A stretch of DNA of 64,000 nucleotides, taken from a virus (taxonomy: Duplodnaviria; Caudoviricetes). Position 1 is the first letter of the stretch, and every line of letters begins with the position of its first letter. Below are positions 60,155-64,000 of the stretch, piece by piece. The notes beneath the pieces are model-generated. The model saw nothing but the letters and a program-made list of their open reading frames with translations. It was not told the DNA's origin and made no database searches. The position numbers and the translations under genes were made by a program. The stretch covers positions 64,001 through 128,000 of the IMG/VR virus record IMGVR_UViG_3300021255_000152; one strand, written 5' to 3'.

Positions 60155-60292
60155 ATAATACCTCTCTTTCTTATATTATATTATATATTTTAAAAATAAT
60201 CAAATAAGGATATACTAATTTGGCCAAAAATTTTCTATGGGGCGAGAATTTCCGAACTTCGGCCGTTCGCGCTTGCCACCAAAAAAAGACCC

Positions 60293-60700
60293 TTATGCCT
60301 GTCGCGCAAGGGTCATAAATCTAAAATTATAGAGATAAACTGGTTTATCATCAATTTCAAATTCAGTAAAATTGTCCTGTCTTTTTATAAGGTGTATTTT
60401 TTTACCGCTTAGGCATAATAGGGGAGTATCTAGGTTGGTGAATATAATTAGAGATATATAATCATGAAAGTATTTTTCTTGAATTAAATTCTCTGATAAC
60501 CAACTCCATCCGACATCTAACTCTTGCATGGATATTTCATCATCGAAAGCAATGAAACTATTTTCAGAAAAAACCAATCGTTGTTTTTCTGATGTTACTT
60601 GAACCCATTTGTAACCCTCATTGTAGTAAATATACGGATTATTGAATTTGAATTGTAAAAATTTATCTCTATTACTTGTATAGGTTAGAAGTTTTATCAT
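60293..60700 (-). CDS. Hypothetical protein
   Basis: 135-aa ORF behind TGTTATAAT. Confidence 0.55.
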   Translation of the reverse strand: MIKLLTYTSNRDKFLQFKFNNPYIYYNEGYKWVQVTSEKQRLVFSENSFIAFDDEISMQELDVGWSWLSENLIQEKYFHDYISLIIFTNLDTPLLCLSGKKIHLIKRQDNFTEFEIDDKPVYLYNFRFMTLARQA

Positions 60701-60789
60701 ATTTATATTATAACAAAAAAAATAAAGGAGAGCAACACATGCTCTCCTTTATACAGGCTCCCAAGAGAGGAGCAATGGATATCAACGCG

Positions 60790-60870
60790 TCCAGTCAGCG
60801 GGACTTGAACCCGCACGTCTCTCGACAACACCCCCTCAAGATGCCGTGTCTGCCATTCCACCATGACCGG
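60790..60870 (-). tRNA. tRNA-Leu(GAG)
   Basis: Cloverleaf with long variable arm; loop TT GAG GG. Confidence 0.85.
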
Positions 60871-60874
60871 AGAG

Positions 60875-60947
60875 TGCTGGTGACAGGAGTCGAACCTGCA
60901 ACCTACTGATTACAAGTCAGTTGCGCTGCCAATTGCGCCACACCAGC
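60875..60947 (-). tRNA. tRNA-Thr(TGT)
   Basis: CTGAC-TT GTA A region read as loop CT TGT AA; canonical cloverleaf. Confidence 0.9.
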
Positions 60948-61083
60948 AGAATCTAACCTTTGAAAATATTCACAACCTTTAAGCCATTCAAGTTCATGCG
61001 GATTACATCTTTGAGAACCGCATTTTTCACAATATTTTTCTTGAAACTCTTCAAAAGTCATAGTTATACCTCCAAGGTTATAG

Positions 61084-61170
61084 TGGGTAGGGAGGGACTC
61101 GAACCCCCAAGTTTACCGCGTGGGACCTGATTTACAGTCAGGCGACTTCACCAATTTGTCACACCTACCC
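61084..61170 (-). tRNA. tRNA-Tyr(GTA)
   Basis: CCTGA-CT GTA AA-TCAGG, long variable arm. Confidence 0.9.
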
Positions 61171-61171
61171 A

Positions 61172-61384
61172 TTACTTTGTGTTGTTGTTTGAAAATATTC
61201 CACGGAATACCATACAAACAACTGTGAATAAAATTACAAGGGGCCAACTAAATGCTACTGTCCATCCTGCTATTGAAGTGATACCAACTGTCTTAAGACC
61301 CCAACAAATAATCCATACAAGACCTGCGTTTATTAACAATGCAATAATAAGTCCAACTAACGCTCCAATAATAACTGCTACCAT
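61172..61384 (-). CDS. Small membrane protein
   Basis: AAGGAGG RBS, two TM segments. Confidence 0.65.
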   Translation of the reverse strand: MVAVIIGALVGLIIALLINAGLVWIICWGLKTVGITSIAGWTVAFSWPLVILFTVVCMVFRGIFSNNNTK

Positions 61385-61403
61385 TTTAACCTCCTTGTAA
61401 TAG

Positions 61404-61477
61404 TGACACTACGGGGATTCGAACCCGCGATTATCCGATTGAGAGCCGGATTTCCTGAACCATTAGAAGATAGTGCC
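61404..61477 (-). tRNA. tRNA-Glu(CTC)
   Basis: Loop CT CTC AA; cloverleaf. Confidence 0.85.
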
Positions 61478-61482
61478 ATAGG

Positions 61483-61632
61483 ATAACCCACTGGGATTCG
61501 CACCCAGATATTCTGCCTTTCACAGCAGACCCACTGCGTACCAAGAGTCGTTTGCAACCGAGTTCTTGATAGGTATGTCCTCCTAACTGCTTGCAAGTCC
61601 AGTTAGCCATACAGACCTTATGGTATGGGTTA
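61483..61632 (-). ncRNA. tRNA-like RNA with D arm replaced by a ~95-nt multi-hairpin insert
   Basis: TAACCCA/TGGGTTA acceptor, CTGGG-TGCGAAT-CCCAG T-like arm, TCTGC-TGTGAAAG-GCAGA arm. Confidence 0.6.
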
Positions 61633-61634
61633 AG

Positions 61635-61709
61635 TCATGCCGACGGGACTCGAACCCGCGAATCCTGCCTTGAAAGGGCAGTGTGTTAAACCAGTTTCAC
61701 CACGACATG
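61635..61709 (-). tRNA. tRNA-Glu(TTC)
   Basis: CTGCC-CT TTC AA-GGCAG. Confidence 0.85.
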
Positions 61710-61715
61710 AAATAG

Positions 61716-61829
61716 TGGAGGAGGAAGGGATTTGAACCCCCAAAGTCTAGAATTCTATTAACTAGTATTTTAGCGCGCTACCGACACCAGTGTTACGCAC
61801 TGGCTCCGTTACCATTTGGATACTCCTCC
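61716..61829 (-). tRNA. Atypical tRNA-Tyr-like (GTA) with ~45-nt variable region
   Basis: GGAGGAG acceptor; CCAGT-GC GTA AC-ACTGG (no U33); normal T loop. Confidence 0.55.
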
Positions 61830-61836
61830 ATATAAG

Positions 61837-61909
61837 CGGTCCCGACGGGTGATGCTCCCGCTATCTCTACCTTGACAGGGTAGCGACTCTGCTGACTGTC
61901 CCCGAGACC
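61837..61909 (-). tRNA. tRNA-Asp(GTC), non-canonical D and T loops
   Basis: CTACC-CT GTC AA-GGTAG; T loop AGCATCA. Confidence 0.7.
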
Positions 61910-61981
61910 ATATTTTAAGCTAGGATCCAACCATCCATTATGTCACCCTACCGAACGCTAACATGTGACTACCTAGCTTAG

Positions 61982-62056
61982 TGGGAATGAGAGGACTTGA
62001 ACCTCCGACCTCTCGCTTATCAGGCGAACGCTCTAGACCAGCTGAGCTACACTCCC
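61982..62056 (-). tRNA. tRNA-Ile(GAT)
   Basis: Canonical cloverleaf; loop CT GAT AA. Confidence 0.92.
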
Positions 62057-62066
62057 AGAAAATGGA

Positions 62067-62240
62067 TTATCGAGGTACAACCTCGTAATCCATCGCATCT
62101 ACGCGAAGATCTTCCAAACAGGTATAATCTTCATTAACGTAGTCTGCCATATCTTGGTCAGCAAAGGGGGTTTCTCCCAGCATTGACTGCATAAGCCCCG
62201 CTGACATAATCAAGTCCCTTGAATTAAAACGTTCTCTCAT
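62067..62240 (-). CDS. Small acidic hypothetical protein (57 aa)
   Basis: MRERFNSRDL...YEVVPR with purine-rich RBS and TGTTATAAT upstream. Below the ORF-track cutoff. Confidence 0.5.
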   Translation of the reverse strand: MRERFNSRDLIMSAGLMQSMLGETPFADQDMADYVNEDYTCLEDLRVDAMDYEVVPR

Positions 62241-62316
62241 ATTTCATTCCCCTTTCCTTACCTTACATATATATTATAACATTTATTTTTTATTTTTTCA
62301 AATAATTAGTATAACC

Positions 62317-62706
62317 AGGTGTGCAGTTGGACGCCTCGAACAGGGCTGTTAAGAATCTATGGCTCGATATTTGGTTCCTCAATCACACGCATTTCTTGCG
62401 GATTCAACGAATAGTAACTGGGGTAGCTTACGCGGATTTTCACCGCCGCCCTCTGTGGTGTCTCCCCACTGCTTTCCGCAGGACGAACTTTATTTTCTTC
62501 ACGGCTTTTAATGCTTGCCTACTGGTTATGAAAAGATCTAAGGCAGAGTGACGACTCTCCTAAATTCAACTGCGTCTCCTACTTATGTAGTAATTGAATT
62601 ACCTTAGACCTTGCAAGGCACAACCCTTGCGCGCAGGTGACTTTACCTGGAGTTCCCCGACTTTTTTAAGTCCAGTATAACAACATACACTATCGGGTGG
62701 TGGAAC
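62317..62706 (-). ncRNA. Candidate large structured non-coding RNA
   Basis: ~390 nt GC-elevated stretch in the tRNA array with no convincing ORF and several hairpins with GAAA/GCAA/GAGA-type loops. Confidence 0.45.
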
Positions 62707-62709
62707 TAA

Positions 62710-63216
62710 TTATTTTTCAAGTCTAATAACCTGATCTGGTTCAACTTCTGTAGAGAAATATACGCCATCAAGGCCGATAAGATCTCTAGCGACATCCTGA
62801 TAAAGTACGGATGTAATGCCCTGTTCTGTACCAAGGTCATCGCTGAAATACTGAGCAACGTCCTTCTTAAATACTACGTGAGTAATAGGCTGACTGTAGA
62901 GTCCCTGGAATTCAGAGCAGTGAGAGAAAATTGGATTGCCCTTAAAAGCAGTGGAATAAAGAGTTGCTTTACCTGCTCCTGTAAGATTATTACCAGGCAC
63001 AACAGTAATTTTAAGGGAAACTGCCCCAAAAATTTGTTCGCAAGGAAGAAGCTGAGAAATTGCTTCTGCCTTTTCAAGATCTTCTACATAGAGCTTAACC
63101 TCAAGATTGTCCTCGTCAAAGACGATGTTAATTCCTGGATCCTTGCCAAAAAGAACACGAAGTTCTCTGACATAGATATACCAAGGAGCGGATAACTTTA
63201 ACTTATTCTGGTCCAT
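62710..63216 (-). CDS. Hypothetical protein
   Basis: 168 aa, AAGGAG RBS. LSAPW..Y..LF..DP.I. Confidence 0.7.
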   Translation of the reverse strand: MDQNKLKLSAPWYIYVRELRVLFGKDPGINIVFDEDNLEVKLYVEDLEKAEAISQLLPCEQIFGAVSLKITVVPGNNLTGAGKATLYSTAFKGNPIFSHCSEFQGLYSQPITHVVFKKDVAQYFSDDLGTEQGITSVLYQDVARDLIGLDGVYFSTEVEPDQVIRLEK

Positions 63217-63239
63217 TTTTAATATCTCCTTTTTAAAAG

Positions 63240-63313
63240 TCTCCTCTGAGGGATTCGAACCCCCGGCACCTACGTTCGTAGCGTAGTGCTCTATTCCACT
63301 GAGCTAAGAGGAG
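63240..63313 (-). tRNA. tRNA-Arg(ACG)
   Basis: CTACG-CT ACG AA-CGTAG. Confidence 0.9.
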
Positions 63314-63543
63314 ATAAGTACGCCGAACATCCTATTGAATCACTTTCATCTTGCGGGATTTCTATTGTTTCTTTGCCGGCAGAGTTTGAACCATTAACCG
63401 TGGCGTAGGGTAATTTAATAACGACCAGTAGATAAACTTCCCATAAAGCTACTGAATGATAGTTCTACTTCCTTTCGACAGCGCTATCAACCGAGAAGAT
63501 CTTCCCAGGCATATCCGCGGTTTATGTTTCTCCTGAGAATGAG

Positions 63544-63616
63544 TCGCCCCAGTAGGACTTGAACCTACGACCCTCTGCTTGTAAGGCAGATGCTCTCCCA
63601 ACTGAGCTATGGGACG
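63544..63616 (-). tRNA. tRNA-Val(TAC)
   Basis: TCTGC-CT TAC AA-GCAGA. Confidence 0.92.
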
Positions 63617-63618
63617 AT

Positions 63619-63885
63619 TTAATCGTTTTCTAAATGTAAATCAGACTTTTTCATTATAGTACCATCTGCATTATAGGCTACTGTTATTCCACCTCTATAT
63701 GTGGCAATAAACATAAGATAAACAACTTCTGTATCTTCATCAATAGCGTAATAAAAATGTTCATTATCTGATGAATATACAGTCATATTAGTTGGACCTT
63801 TTCCGTTATAAGCAGTATGTGGATTACTACATCCTGTCAATAATAAAGCAGATAACACTATTTTTATTAAATCTGAAAATTTCAT
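63619..63885 (-). CDS. Putative lipoprotein
   Basis: Lipobox LLTGC after a hydrophobic signal. Confidence 0.7.
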   Translation of the reverse strand: MKFSDLIKIVLSALLLTGCSNPHTAYNGKGPTNMTVYSSDNEHFYYAIDEDTEVVYLMFIATYRGGITVAYNADGTIMKKSDLHLEND

Positions 63886-63905
63886 TTAGCATCTCTCCTT
63901 TTAAA

Positions 63906-63980
63906 TAGCAGAAGTGAGATTCGAACTCACAACCAATAGGGTATGAATCTATTGCTCTAACCGATTGGAGCTATTCTGCT
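63906..63980 (-). tRNA. tRNA with CAT anticodon (Met or Ile2)
   Basis: Loop TT CAT AC; cloverleaf. Confidence 0.85.
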
Positions 63981-64000
63981 AAAAGCACCCGAGGAAGGAT

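Noticed and set aside
60676-62551. ORFs 60676..60909, 61378..61596 and 62321..62551
   Set aside because: They overlap tRNA or structured RNA elements and have no coding signature or good RBS.
63985-64000. Further tRNA at the window edge
   Set aside because: Only a possible 3' end is visible, so identity cannot be assigned.

Overview
A 64-kb AT-rich segment of a large tailed phage of a cell-walled Bacillota (Firmicutes) host. About 1-20.4 kb holds tail-fibre/baseplate genes, an accessory cassette, a YcaO/radical-SAM/U32 cluster and the lysis genes. About 20.4-60.7 kb (minus strand) is a self-sufficient replication and nucleotide-metabolism module (DnaE, primase, DnaB, RecJ, NrdDG, gyrase, LigA, ThyX-like, sigma-70). 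About 60.8-64 kb is a tRNA/ncRNA array. The supplied ORF track is fragmented because TGA is read as Trp in a subset of genes. TGA occupies conserved Trp positions (WHGGE in two radical-SAM enzymes, PPYxxVYMWKR in the baseplate protein), and an opal-suppressor tRNA-Trp(UCA) is encoded at 18481-18551. Core replication genes have no in-frame TGA, whereas structural, lysis and nuclease genes do. Retranslating with TGA=Trp reveals the most striking system: a YcaO gene converging on an operon of three radical-SAM enzymes (two clearly SPASM-type), a U32-family Fe-S protein and a 393-aa protein. That protein has an N-terminal tandem array of Y-x-N/H-x-N motifs (triceptide/His-Xaa-type cores) fused to an Ig/Fn3-like domain. 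I infer a phage-encoded RiPP-style machinery that modifies a protein, possibly virion-displayed. All translations were done by hand; family calls rest on motif recognition, not database searches.
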